A stretch of 44,980 nucleotides of DNA, filler included, from Streblomastix strix (taxonomy: Eukaryota): assembly GCA_008636045.1 (NCBI GenBank). It is 2 parts of 2 records of this genome, joined end to end, with 100 filler letters (N's around TTAATTAATTAA, not from the genome) between each part and the next. Parts side by side here need not be neighbours in the genome. Positions count along the whole stretch, not along the records: positions 22,543 to 44,980 come from SNRW01000322.1; 1 more part is not named here. One strand, given 5' to 3'. This document shows, one piece after another, positions 23,319 through 37,057 of the stretch; within the stretch, counting starts at the first letter, position 1; every line of letters begins with the position of its first letter. Below the pieces are notes generated by a model. That model saw nothing but the letters and a program-made list of their open reading frames with translations. It did no database searches and was not told where the DNA came from. A program made the position numbers and the translations under genes.

Positions 23319-26300
23319 ATAGGATTGCGTGGAGAATAAAGAGGAGTTTTCTGTTATTATACTTATTATTATGTTAATTAAGGAATGAAAGGTACTATTT
23401 ATTAAACTTATTATAACTAATTTATATTATTACTCATAATAGGCATATTCCCTTATAATGAATTTATATTCAAGTCATTATTTATATTAGATTAAATGTT
23501 CCCAATATTTTATTTGTTTTAGTTTGATGCAGTATTCATTTAACTAATATCATTTATATTATTGATTATTTATTGATTACTTATTTAGTTAGATAAATTT
23601 AAATACTATTATATCGTTCTTGGAGTTGTTTCAGGAGAAATAATTCTTTTTGCATTAATTAATTATTATTACAATTCAATTTATTAACCTATTTATTCTT
23701 CATCTTATATTGTAGGGTATTATTATACAAAAGAAGTAAATTATGGAGTTATAGATGAATATGTTTAATTTTGAAGGTTATTTTATATTTTATTTTATTA
23801 TAATTTCACAAATTTTTTCAATGATGTCATATTTTATGATTGTAACTTTTATTATGATAAAGTTTATTGAATTTATTATAATAATAATTAAGAAGAAGAG
23901 TTAGTATTTTATTTGGATATTTAAATATTCTCTCCATGGATTATTAAATATATCAATTATTTCTCAAGCATACTTAATTTATAAACAGATTGTGGACCAG
24001 ATGTAAATAATTACTATTTATCCAACAACTATTAATAAATTAATATTTGATTTAAAGTTTCTTATAAATTTAATTATTAGTACTGTTATTTGAATTATTA
24101 GATTTCATTACTTATTTGGATAGAATATGGTGTGAAAGGATCTTATTATAATTATAAAACGCCATATGGTCCTAATGAATAATAATAATCCAATATAATC
24201 TGTCTTTCTGTCATATGCAATGCTAATGCTAAACGAATCGCTAAGTCTAGATATAAAGATGATGATATTTCATTATCTATTTATTGCTATTATTCTTATT
24301 ATTATTATTCAATTTATTTTTAATATTCTTCAAATTGTTATTGTTATTGTTATTGTTATTCTTCTGTATTTTATTACTAAATTAAGTTTAATTGTTATAA
24401 AAATAATTAATACTATTACTCTCTTTCCAATTTTTATTGCTCTTACCGTTATATTTGTGCCTAATTCATAATTTAAGCAGTTATAGGCCCAGGAAACGTC
24501 TCGGAGAATTATTATGATGTTTGAATCATAATTATTAATTCACTCAAATGTTGCGCTGTTATTCCTTTCACTTCTCCATCTGATTCATTGAAATCATCTC
24601 CAAACAAATCTTTTGCTAAAAACTTCATCAATTAATCGTTCATTAGCATTGTATAGCACATAACATCTTCATCTATACCCAGTTATCCTATTAATGAATT
24701 TATTTATGCATGATATTATGTTTATATTAAATCTTGACTTAATATATCAATCCCTATTTGAAGCCCATTCAAAATATTTGTTTGATCTTTCTACATTTAT
24801 TATAAATAACTAATTATCTTTCTACAAATTTCTTCATTTTGTGTAATATGATTTAATACTTATAATGATTATTTAATTAATTATTCATTTCTTTGTATTT
24901 TTCTCATTTCATCTTTTTCTTCTTATGTCATTTCTCCTCGATCAAGTTCTTCAGACCATGCCAACCTCATTCTGAGCGATTTTAATACTTGTTTCTTAAT
25001 TGAAAGAAGAAAATACAAGGCTTCATTTCTTTAGTTATTTAGACGTATAAGTAAGAAGTATACCAATAATACTATCAATATGGTCATTATAATTCCAAGA
25101 ATACCCAAAATAAGAGCTACAATTAAAGCAATGTCATTTTCTCGTGCTAATTTCTATATAAGTTCGATAATCTATATTCTAAAACTCTAATCGTTCACAG
25201 TAGGTCCATTCATCATTATATTAGAGAATATATCAAGAATTGAATCTTTTGTTAACAATTAGGTTAAATTAGCTATCTAATATAAATTGTACGTATATCC
25301 ATTAATTGCATTCATCAATGTTTAAGTTTAGGGCCACTATTGAACTAAATTTTCATTTTCATGAATTGCTAAGAATGTTGTTAATTCTCTGCTCTATAAA
25401 TCAAGAAGGTCACTTTATTTCTTAAATATCTATCCAATTGTTAAGTTATGCAATTATCTGGATTAAACCATCAATTTCTCTCTTACTTCTTCTTTTTACA
25501 AAAATCCTTCAGCAAAAGCAAAATCTCTTTCATGAAATAAATAAATTTCATACAGCTTTGCATAATACGCTAATTCATTATTTAGTTTGTTAGCTGAACA
25601 TAGATCATTCAGTAATTAAACATGTGATGAAGTATTATTAACATCAGATAATATTTATAAAAACAATCCAACTCCAATGAATAAGAAAATAACAACAGAA
25701 AATGGGGCAGCATATTTAAGAATAAGAAACCATACATCACCGTTTGTATTAAACATTCCTTATATTCCTTATTCTCCAATTCCTTATTCATTATTGCTCA
25801 TTCCACTTCCATCTCTTCCTTCTTCATGAATTGATCTCGGCTTTCTCGCTCCTATTTAATTCATTGTTCCTCTTCTTCTTCCTTTCCTTATGTATTAATG
25901 CGATTATAGTTTTGATTCTTAAACTATTTGATCAGCTTTTTTGAACATTAATTGTGCGAAGTTGTCATATCTGAATATATCTGTTTTCAAAGATGCATAT
26001 CCTCTTAAAACTGGAATTGAATACGGATGTGTCTCAAGAAGAGCTTAATAATGCATTTCAGATTATTTTTCATTCTCAATTAATTCATCAACTAACATTG
26101 ACATTTGAGTTACATCCATTTCATCTTATGAAAGCATCGCGAGAACACTGTTTAATTTCTATTTAGCTTCAAAAAAATTCTATTCAGCTTAAGACAAATG
26201 ATTCTTATATCTGAATATCGAAAGAACATCAGCACTTTTTAGATCTGCTCCTGAATTTTCTTATTCATATATCTTTGACATATAGAATATAATCCATCTA

Positions 26301-29113
26301 TTATCAATAGTGGCACCAATTCTTAGAGCAGTAGCTAATTATCTAATTGCAGCTGTCCAGTCTTTCAAGTAATGACAAAGGAATAATGCATAATGAATTC
26401 GAAGTGATGGATGTTTGGGAAACCGTTTTAAACCTTCCTTATATAATCTATCTGCAAAAAGAATATAGTCTTTTCTTTTTCTAACTTCTTTATTCCATAG
26501 AAATCTTACACCTGCATCGATATGCGAAACATGCTTAATCTTTGGAAGAGCATATGGAGGTTCTAAATGAATTATTTTCTTGGCCTAATTTTCAATATGT
26601 TGTTGAAGAGCTTTCATTTAAACAACAGATGCCATAGTGTTCATTCTTTATCTCAATAAATTCTAAAATGCATCATTCACATCATGTTTTGAATGTAATA
26701 CAGGAAGAATGTATTAGAATTAATCTTTACTGTGATTGCTAATAATATCATTAGAATTGTTTTTAATAAGCATTGAATCTTTTCCCCTTTATGAATATTA
26801 TCGGTTCAGTTTCATTTTTGGAGAATTAAGAGATAATTATTTGGAAATTTAAGATTAAATTGGTTGAATTTAAGAATATGATTGTCGTTACGATTAGGAT
26901 TAATTTTAATCTAAATGAAGAGCAGGAACAAAGTGAAGTGGAGGAACACTCACTTTTGGCTGATCATATTTCCTTAATTAAGATGAAGAAATCGATTATT
27001 TCAATTTATTAATTTGACTATATTCGTTATTTGGTGAAATGTCTTCAACTTCTAGTTTCTATTGTTAAGATTTTTATTGAATTTAACTATTGCTCTATTA
27101 TTCCTTTTTCTCTTCTTTTAAATTTGACATATGCAAATTATCATTATTAGAGAGAAGTTTAATTCTATCAATTTCTGAATTATAATCGCTTTAAATAAAT
27201 TCAACATTCAAACTCTTTATTGGAAGAGGGGCAACTTTAATTCCTTTCCTTTTACCTTTTATTTCATTATCTTATTATTTCTATTATTATTTTTATTATT
27301 AATTATCAGATTTATTCATCGCTTATTAATCAGAATGGTGGAGTTGAGCCATGTTAAGAGTTTAAGCATATGGAAGTTATTATAATGATTGTAAATGGAT
27401 TCTATTACTGAGTTGAAGTGAAGGTGTAAGTGACAAAATTGGAGATTTTTCACTTATTTTTTCATCTCTTTTCTATTATTTGTTATCTGTTAAATTTTTC
27501 TTTATTTAAGAAGTTTCTTATTATTAAATCTAAGCATTATATTACTTTTAATGTATTCTCTCACTCATTTCCTTCAGTTTCTAAGTAATATTAGATGAAA
27601 CAGAATATTCATTTATTGGTTATATCAGATCATATTCAGATGAATCATCATCACTCTCTTCTTCATCTTATTATTGAGGATAGAAGCTTAATTGTTTTTC
27701 GAAATTGGCTTTTATTGTACTAGCAGTAACATGGTGGTTTTAATCATATTTATTCTTCTTGGCCGTTGCAATAATCTCCAATTCTTTGTCTTATTTTATT
27801 CTTGGTTTATTATAAAATGTGTATTTATTATCAGATTGTTCATCATCTGTATCATTCTTATTAACTCGTATTCTTTATCGATTCATTTCCATTTCTTTCA
27901 TACTTTTCAATTCATATACAAATCCTCTATATGTTGAATAGTAGCAATCTTCTACTTCAACATAGAAAGGCTTTTTCTTCTGAACAAATTCTATATCTGC
28001 TTTCACTGGTATCTTGAAGTCATATGTGATTGCGCATCTGGCTAAATATATCTTCCTCGAATATACGCCAACGAAGAAGGTCAAAAAGAATGAGCAAATA
28101 ATAAATGTTGACCAAAATAATGTAATAACAAGAGTGCCAGCTCCTTCAGTATAAAGTGCAATCCATGAATATAATGATGCCATTACTGTTACTCCATATT
28201 GTGCAGATGCAAAGACATTAGTGTGAAGTGAGTGATACGGTTGCATCCACATTATATATAACATGCAAAATATAAATCCTACACTACAACAGATAGATCT
28301 CAAAACAAAAGAGCTTGACACCCATTGTGATTCTGCTGTTAATATACATTTTGTTGCCATTTCTACGAATTCATATCTGCCAGAATGTGCAGCAAGAAGA
28401 ACATCATGTTTAACATCGAACTCGTAGAGGAATAAGATGACGATTTATGTAAAAGGAACGAAGACTACAAGAGTAAAAAATGAAAGGGAATTGAATACAG
28501 CTTAGGCTCCTTCCCAACAAGGAACTTCAGGGAAAGCATCGCACATTCCTTTTCCTGAACTGAAGTCACAATCTACTATCATGAATATAATTGTAATCAT
28601 TGGTTAATATCCCCAAGTAACTGATGCATGTGTTACAATTCGTAATAAACGAACAAGAGGTAAAGGAACTCTAGAATCACCTTTGGCAAAAACAAACATC
28701 AATGCTACAAATGTAAATACAGAAGCCATGACTAATACAAACAGAACAGTGAATAGAATGTAAGATAGATTAGGTGTAGTTGTAAAGAATTGAAAGTCCA
28801 TGTAATCTAATACTCCCATAATAAATCCTTTTAATGGTCCCATAGGCCATGCTACAATTTCTTGTATTGGCAATCCAACACATTGCAGTATCTCAAAAAG
28901 TAATGGTGCATATGTCATGATAGTTTCCTCATTGGAATCGTCTTCTCCCTTCTCCATGGCAAATAATGTACCTTATTAATATATATATTTCAATAAAATA
29001 AATTACATTATAATAATCTTAATTTAAAGTGAAAATTATATACCGAAGAGTGCTCTATCCCAAGTTTCAAAATTCAGAAGTATCTAACCCTTATCAGAAG
29101 AGTTTTTGTTCAT
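23234..29113 (-). CDS. Host TmcB/TmcC (tiny macrocysts)-like multi-pass membrane protein, ~1935 aa; intron 28972-29043
   Basis: Exon 1 29044-29113, a GT-AG 72-bp intron, then a 5738-nt exon with no in-frame TGA until 23234-23236. N-terminal TM bundle (VDC...PEVPCW...HSGRYE...QPYH), TPR-like region (ADRLYKEGLKRFPKHPSLRIHYALF...ETHPYSIPVLRGYASLKTDI), two further TM segments and a Q-rich tail. Confidence 0.85.
23243..23317 (-). repeat. (TAA)25 microsatellite encoding the C-terminal polyQ of the TmcB-like protein
   Basis: TTA x25 on the + strand, in frame as TAA=Gln just before TAG TTA TGA. Confidence 0.9.
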
Positions 29114-29948
29114 CTTGACAAGAATAAAATTTAAGAGAAAATCAATAAAGTTGAATAAATAACATAATTAAATGTATATATTTATCTTATTCTAGAATTA
29201 TGAATTCTTTAATTAAATTAAAATACAACGGAAAATTCAAAGTTAATTTAGCATTAAATAGAATATAATTTATCTTTTATCATAGAGAAAATTAAAAGTG
29301 ATAAAATTCAAATATTTTGGGAAAAATTGAACTTTGAACTCGCGAGAAAAAACTTTCGCAATTTATTAAGATATTTTTCATGATAATAAGTAGGTAGAAA
29401 GTGTTATAAATATTATATAAATTTTAAAAAAATAAAAAAATCGCAATATTTACATGAAAGATTATCTATCCATCCAATTTTGTAATTAAATCCAATAACT
29501 TGCGTTCTCTCTATCTACCTATCCAATATAATTTACATTTTAGGTAAATAAATTTTTTTTATGAACCTGAAGGCTTAAATGTGAATATTTATCTTGGATT
29601 ATATTTTTTCCCTGACATAACCATGGCTAATAATATAGGGAGGAAGCCGATCGCCGCTTTGATGAAATTTAAAAAAAAAATAAAAAAAATAGTGTTGGTG
29701 GAGCTGTTTTGCATGTTGAACTGTGTTTGCAGAGCAGTTTTGAGCTGGAATCGACAAAAATATTCTTTTTTTGTAAAGTTGAGTTGCAAACAGCCGTCTC
29801 TGCGCGTCATCGTTCAATCTGGGGGTGTTTTAAATATTGTATTGATTTGACATAGCGGTGTTTGTGGTTGATTTTGCTGGCAATGTCAAAAATAAAAGTA
29901 AAATCTAGGTTTTTGCTATCAACAATTATCTTTTCTTTCATCATATGC

Positions 29949-30215
29949 TCATTCTTATTCAAATTAATACAATTATTCAGCCCAATATTCATCACAATAA
30001 GCTTGATAATCAAATCTGCGCTCATAAGGAGTATATTATTTTGGCTCTGTAAGATCAATATGACCTGTATATTTCTATATTCCAGGTAATTACTTTATAA
30101 CCTGCAATTATTTCCTAATTTCTTCCTCCTTTCTTCTCTGAATTTAATCTAAATCTACATAGAAATCGTACTTAAGATGGTTTGGAATGATTTTGCTGAC
30201 GATGATTTTTGCCAT
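29949..30215 (-). CDS. Small hypothetical protein (88 aa), divergent from pPolB 2
   Basis: MAKIIVSKIIPNHLKYDFYVDLDQIQRRKEEEIRKQL...YQFEQE*, with AACAAATG start context like the other viral ORFs. Confidence 0.45.
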
Positions 30216-30418
30216 TTGTTTTTGGGGTGTCTTTGGAAGAAAATTAAAATGAATAAATAATAAAAAAAAATAAACACATTAATAAATTTAAATTTATAAA
30301 AAATTAATTATTTAAATTTTTTATTTTTTATTTTTTATTTTTAATCTCACAATTAAATCACACTTTAATTCATTTTAATTTTAAACAAAGCACCGTTTGA
30401 ACTCGCAAAACAACAACT

Positions 30419-33400
30419 ATGATATCTAGACTTACAAAAGAATAATTAGGTTCATTGGATAGACTTATTGGTTTTGTTGGCATGCATGACTTATCAAATG
30501 AAACTGTATTACATGCACGATTTGAGATAGAAAATGCTCTTAAGTATTATTAAGTTGCAAGACCTGATACATTTTCTAGTGATTTGAAGCAAAGAATTGT
30601 CGCGGTAGTTCAACAGCGATAATAAGAAGAATTGCAAAAGACATCATAAGAACAAGCGACATCGTCGTCAGCGACGCATGCAACGACAACGCCGGAAGAT
30701 TAAAATGAAGTGCAAGATGATTTGCAAACCATGACATCAAACATTACAATAGAATAATTAGAAACATTGAGTCGACTTATTGGTTTTGTTGACGTGAATG
30801 ACTAATTTGTAACTGAATCATCTTTACGTTCTAAACTTCAAAGGGCTTTTTAGTATTACAATGTACCAGGATCTTACATATATTCAAATGAATTGAGGCA
30901 AAGAATCGTCGCAGCAGTTCAACAATGATAATAAGAAATTTTAAAATTGTAAGATTAAGCTGTTTAACGTCGTAGATAAGCTTTGTTACCTGCTCATCTT
31001 GATGAATAAGCTTAGTTACCAGCTCATCTTGTTGAATAAGTCTTACCAGCGTAAGAAAAGGAAAAAGAAAATGTTAAAAAACCACCTAAATAAAAGAAAG
31101 ATCCAATCAAAATAAGGTATTTATTAGATGGTTCTAATCTTTCTCCTTAATTTATTATGTAATAACTGAAAAGACTAGGATATGACGATGATGACGCCGA
31201 TTTTATTTATAATGATCTACCTGACTTAGTTACATTTGAATTAGACAAATACGACTATGATTATTCTTAACCGTCAACTGAAGCTAGAATAAGAGAATTT
31301 TTAAATTAATGGTTTACAGAAAAACCATAAGAACCAGTGGATATTTCAATCTTGTAGCCTCTTTCAAGTGAAGCTCTTGAAAATATACGTTAAAGAAAAA
31401 AGAAACCAATACAAGCTCCTGATTAGGAAATAGATGATTAAGAAATTTTGTCGCAGAAGATTGTTTCGCAGACTTTAGATGATTAAGATGAATAAGGTGA
31501 AAAATCGATCAAATTTGAAACTTTAAAAGAGGATGCTCTTAAATAAAATCATCGTGAATAGTTTCAAAAATATCTTGATGAGAAATATAAAAAGATAAGG
31601 GAATAACATAATAATATCGAAGAACTGTAACTACAAGCATTTAGACTCTTAGATGAGGAAATGAGAGAATAAATTGAAGTGAATGAAGGCAGTGATTTAG
31701 AATATGTGGAACCGATAACTCACTAAGGTGAGCTGGCAACAGAGTTGCTACTAAATGTGGATGCATTATTATTATATAAACCTATTGATTCAGATAAATT
31801 TATAATAGCATTACTTCAAGCTCATGCTGAATATTAAGATCCAACTAGAATTAAATAAAGAAGAATTAAAGATGAACCGACGATATTCTATTATAATAAT
31901 AAAATTACTTCATTAGAAGATATATAAAATCATTTAAATTTTGTATTCGATTAAGAAAAAATAAATCATTTTAAGATTGCTATCGATTTTGGTTATATAG
32001 TTGAAGAAGCTATTACTAATAATGACGGAAGTAATAAAACAGCAGAATATACTATCAATTATCCAAGATAGAATTTAAATACTATATCAGCAAAAAATAT
32101 TAAGAAAATAATTACTTCACAAGCTGATATGGATGAATTTAAAGAATATGTTCCAACAATTATAATAAATGATTAAGAGAGGACACAAGAATCAACTCAT
32201 CATAAGTTTATTGCAATATTTTCTATGGTTGTAGTTGTTTATCGATATCCTCTAACAGGTAAAGCAATTCCGGAATTATAAAAATATATTAAGCGTCGTG
32301 AAGTTCATTTTATTGATTCGTAATATCCTAATAATTGTGTGTTTGAAGCATTATCATTCTTATCATTGCCAGACAAAACGTAAGAAAAGAGATATAAAGA
32401 TCACGATAGAGTTGCTGAAGGAGTTAAATTAATAATTTAATATTATAGTCTTTAAGGAAACTCTGCGAAATGCAAAAATATTTAGAAATTTATCAAGGAA
32501 TATTAAGGTTTTGATTTTGTAACTGATAGCAAGAAATTTGCTAAATTATTTAATATAAACATTTGCATTTATGCATGCAAAGAGATTCCAATATAGTCAG
32601 ATCAAGGTGACACAATAACGGCATATGACTAATTCTACTTAGATTAGATTATCGAACCAGATAAAGATGATGCTGACGATGATGAAAAAGAATATTTAAA
32701 TGAAGAAAACAAATTATAATTATAAGATTTTAATTTACTGTTGCTTTAACTTAAAAATAATTCTCATGTTTTATTTGTATCTGATCCTGAAGCATTAACA
32801 GGTTATAGTAATTGTCCATTTTGTAAACAACACAGTGTTCCAGTTAAAAATAAGAACCGTAATGCATAAAGAGATTTTGAAAGACATGTTGCAAAATGTT
32901 AATAAAATAATGGTAAATAAGTAATATTATTAAAATCTCTTTCACTAATTGCTCCTCATATATTTGGAAATAAGACTTATTAATATCTTATGGCATATGA
33001 AAGACTAGATGAATTTAAACCAACAAGATATTTTATAACATATGATTTTGAAACTGTTCCAAGAATAATTAATTTAGGATATGGAAGTAAATCAGTTATA
33101 AATGGCATTGAGGTTCATAACTCTTAATAACATACTGTGCTCGAACCGTTATCAGTTGCTTCAACTATTAAATCAAAAGCAGGAATTAAGAAAATATATT
33201 TCGATTTACGTTAAGAAAATTTTATTGAAAAATGGCTTGAATAAATGTTCGAAGAAGCTAAATAATTGAAAGAAGATAACCAATACGATGACCCTGAAAT
33301 ACCATATGATATTTCAATTCCTGTTCTTGGATATAACTCAGCGCATTTCGATATGGTATTTGTAATCAGATATTTAACTAATCCATTATGGCACATTACA

Positions 33401-35863
33401 AGTTATTTAGGAGATTTTACACATATTAAGCGAGTAGAAGTTAAACATAAAATTACTGGAGTAACGTTATAATTTTTAGATGCTATGCTATTCGTAACAA
33501 AAGGAAAATTAAAATAGTTTGCGGCAGATTTTGACAATGGCGGCAAAGATGACTAAAAAGGAGTATTTCCTAATGATGCTATTAACATAGACAATTATGA
33601 TGAGATCTTATCAAAATCTGAACCATTCAGTAAAGAAGATTTTGATAACAAACTTCGAAAAGAAACCATGACAAATGAAACTTATCAAATTTATCTTGAA
33701 GACTGCAAATAATTTATGAATAGATGGGATTATCTACAATACTATAATGAACAAGATACAAGTATTATGATAAAACCAATCGAAAATTTAATTGAAATGA
33801 ATTTTGAAAATGGGATTGATATGTTTAACTATATTTCTATGGCAAGTTGTACCAACACTATTAAGTATAAAATGGCATGTAATGATTTTGATTAGAATGC
33901 ACGTTATACTAATCAAAATGATTCTTCATTCATCAACTTCTCTCCATTTAATCTTACTGAGGAATATTGGGAATAAAAAGTAAATTCATATAAATAATAT
34001 GGCTTAAGAGCTAAAAGAAGCATCAAAAACAATGTATAAGAATCTGATTTTGAACAATTTGTATAACTGATTGAAAAAGGATCTTGTTGGTTTTGTAAAG
34101 CAAGATTTACGAATGAAAATCGACCAACACTTGACAGAATTAATAACGCAATTGGTCACTCAAAAGATAATGTAAGATTAGCATGTGTATATCGTAATGT
34201 TGCAAGAGCTAATAGAGATGATAAAATAACTCGATTAAAGATATAACTTAAAAGATATTATTTAGCAAAAGGTTTACCAATGCCAATTACTAATGAAGAT
34301 ACTTATCACATTTTGAGAAATGGAATTACAGGAGGATTAGCAAATGTTATTCATAGATATAATATTAAAAGCGAAACTCATATTAACAAAATGAAACTCG
34401 AAGAAAGAAAAGTATTAATCTATGACTTAGATCATATCATGACTCATATAACTGGAGTTGATAAGAATTCACTATATCCATCTATGTTTAGTAGTCTAAA
34501 ACATGATTTTATTAAATACACCGGAAATTAAATTAATATGCCTGGTTATGAAATCAGTCGAAACACATGCGTTACAGATAAATAAAAAAATTAAGCAATG
34601 GAAACTATTAATAATACACTAAGATTTTCATCAAAATAATCTGATATTGATAAAGTTACAATGTTCGTTGCAGAAGTTAAAGGACATATCGATGAAGAAT
34701 ATATCAATGATTTTATTAACTTTCCACCATTAATTAGAAAATATAAATACAAGGCAATGGAATCAGTTATTGGAAAATATATGCATGAACATTAAAAGAA
34801 AAATGGATTACCAATTGATAAAGAAGAATATAAACTTACTTCTTTACTCTCAACAATGGGTTAATTTATGAGTTTTTATTCATATTATCTTTGGTTTCTT
34901 ATCGATGATTGTCATTTTATAATCGATGAAGTTAAATCTGTTATGACATTCTCTAAACATCTTGGATTTGCACCATTTGTGAAACATTTTAATCACTAAC
35001 ATATATAGGCAAAGTTAGAAAAGAATAAAGGACTATAATAATATATTAGGATATTAATGAATAATTCATATGGTTGTGATGGTATGAACTAAGAACACTT
35101 CTCGCAAATAAAAATATGTGATAAAAATGAAACATTTAGAGCACTTCTCAAGGATATCTTTAAAACAGATCGTAAATTAAATGAAAATGTATATGCAGTT
35201 GAATTTGAAAAGTTAAAATTTAATTGCAATACTTGCATTTAAGTTGCATTTGCTGTTTTAGATTGTTCCAAGTACTAGGTTATGAATTTCTATTATAATT
35301 TCTTATGTAGATGTCTTGACTAAAATCGATTTCATTATGTTTATGGTGATACAGATTCAATGATGTTAGCTGTTGCTGGAGATCCGAATTAAGATTATAC
35401 ATAAGGATTCTCTGCAACAGTTTCCGATAAATAATTTTACGATAAAAACTTTTATAAATTCTTCCCTGATTCCAAAAAAGATATATATGATGAAAAGAAA
35501 TTGCTTGGAGTTGCATATGAACATTGCGGCTCGTCATTAACTGCTTTAGCACCTAAGAATTATTGGCTTTTAGAAGATCTTGATAAAAAGAATCCCGAAA
35601 CAGTTAAACTAAAAGGTCTCAATTTAAAATCTAATCCACAAATTAATAAATAAACTTATGAAGAAAATATTAAGAAAGGAACAATAGTTAAAGATAAGAA
35701 TATGTCTCTTAAATAACGTGCTGGATAAATGAGTTAAATTGAAGTTCTTAAAAACGGAATAACAGGATGTCATACAAAAATGGTTACATTACCAAATTAA
35801 TGTTGTTGTCCATTTATTTATTAGCTAACTGCTCACAGTTATAAGTGCCAAGAGCTGTAATGA
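30419..35863 (+). pseudogene. Protein-primed family B DNA polymerase (pPolB 2), 1815 codons, near intact
   Basis: One frame throughout with a single TGA at 30926-30928. Motifs ITYDFET, GYNSAHFD, YYNEQDT, HNH-like CWFC...PTLDRINNAIGHSKDNVRLAC, GVDKNSLYPS, RILMNNSYG and YGDTDS (35342-35359). Confidence 0.95.
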
Positions 35864-35909
35864 AATGCATTTTATCATTTAATTTTATTTTTGATTTAAT
35901 TCAAAAACA

Positions 35910-36770
35910 ATGAATAATGATTGGAATATAACATCCCTTTCACCAAGAAGATAAGGAGGTCATTACTTAAGACCGCGAAAAAGAAAATCGGAAGAAGAAA
36001 TTTTAAATGATATCCTTGAAAGATATAAAACAAACAAGCAAAGTGAAGTTGAGTAATCCCGTTAGATATAAATTCTTGTAATTTAAGAAATATTTAGGAA
36101 AAATCAAAATTTAGACTTAGAAGAATTTATTGAAGCACTTGATTTACATGATAATGATGCCGAGCTTCCAGTAATGTAAGAATATGCAAATATAATAATA
36201 GTAGGAGGAAAATCAATAATATAATGGTTTAATGATTATAACTATGAAATGGCAAATAGAGGTTAAAAAAGAAAGAACATAAGATAAGAATTGAATGTTG
36301 GTGAGCAATAATTGAGATTAAACGTAGAATTCCGATTCAAGTCGATAATAAATGCATTTTAGAAAATACATGGAATTCAATTCGATAAAAACGAATTTAA
36401 AGCTGATGACATGCCGCAACGCAGCTTAATCCTACTTTGGAGTATTGTTGATATTCCAGATTATTAAGTTAAGTAGTATTATAAGAAGTTTGGAAACCTT
36501 ATTTTTCTAAAACATTGATTCATGGGAAATTGATTTAGTATTCGCAATGAATCCATTAATAAAGAAAGCAAGTGCAGTTTATTTATTCCGCATCAAAATC
36601 AATACCAAATATCTTGTTGTATATCCATTAGTTAATAAATCAGCTGATTAAATTCTAAAAAATGCTATAAAATTTAGTGAACCATCAGAATATGAGATAT
36701 ATTAGAGGTGATGGAGAAAAAAGATTTACTGCATCATAATTAATAAACTTCTACAGAGATCCATGTAATA
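35910..36770 (+). pseudogene. Retroviral-type integrase of element 2 (frameshifted, 3' truncated)
   Basis: KPYFSK/DSWEIDLVF, YLFRIKINTKYLVVYP and YIRGDGEKRF align with integrase 1. It ends before the third catalytic residue. Confidence 0.8.
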
Positions 36771-37057
36771 ATTTAATAAAAGCATTTTTCATTAGTGGAT
36801 CACTGGCACCAAAATTTTTACTTTTTCTGATGATAAGATTAGGAGTACGATCCCAATGCTGCCTGAAAAATTATTTATCTATTACAGTACTAAGGTTAGA
36901 CGTATGGTTTCCACACTGTCTGATTAAAAAATATCTTATTTTATTGATTTGAATGGGCATACGTTTTCAATGAAAAACCAAAAATTATTAGCAAAATAGG
37001 TAAAATTCAAGAATTTCAATTAATTATGTGATTTTTTTGCTGATAAATGTTTATATG

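Larger units (their letters stand above)
29600..36770. mobile_element. Polinton-like element 2 (partial: small ORF, pPolB, truncated integrase)
   Basis: pPolB directly followed by an integrase, the same gene order as element 1 apart from one intervening ORF there. The left boundary is not defined. Confidence 0.8.

Noticed and set aside
29380..29870. Left TIR of element 2 (AGTAGGTAG at 29389, GC-richer patch at 29640-29870)
   Set aside because: No partner repeat in the window and no match to the AGTAGTATAG TIR.
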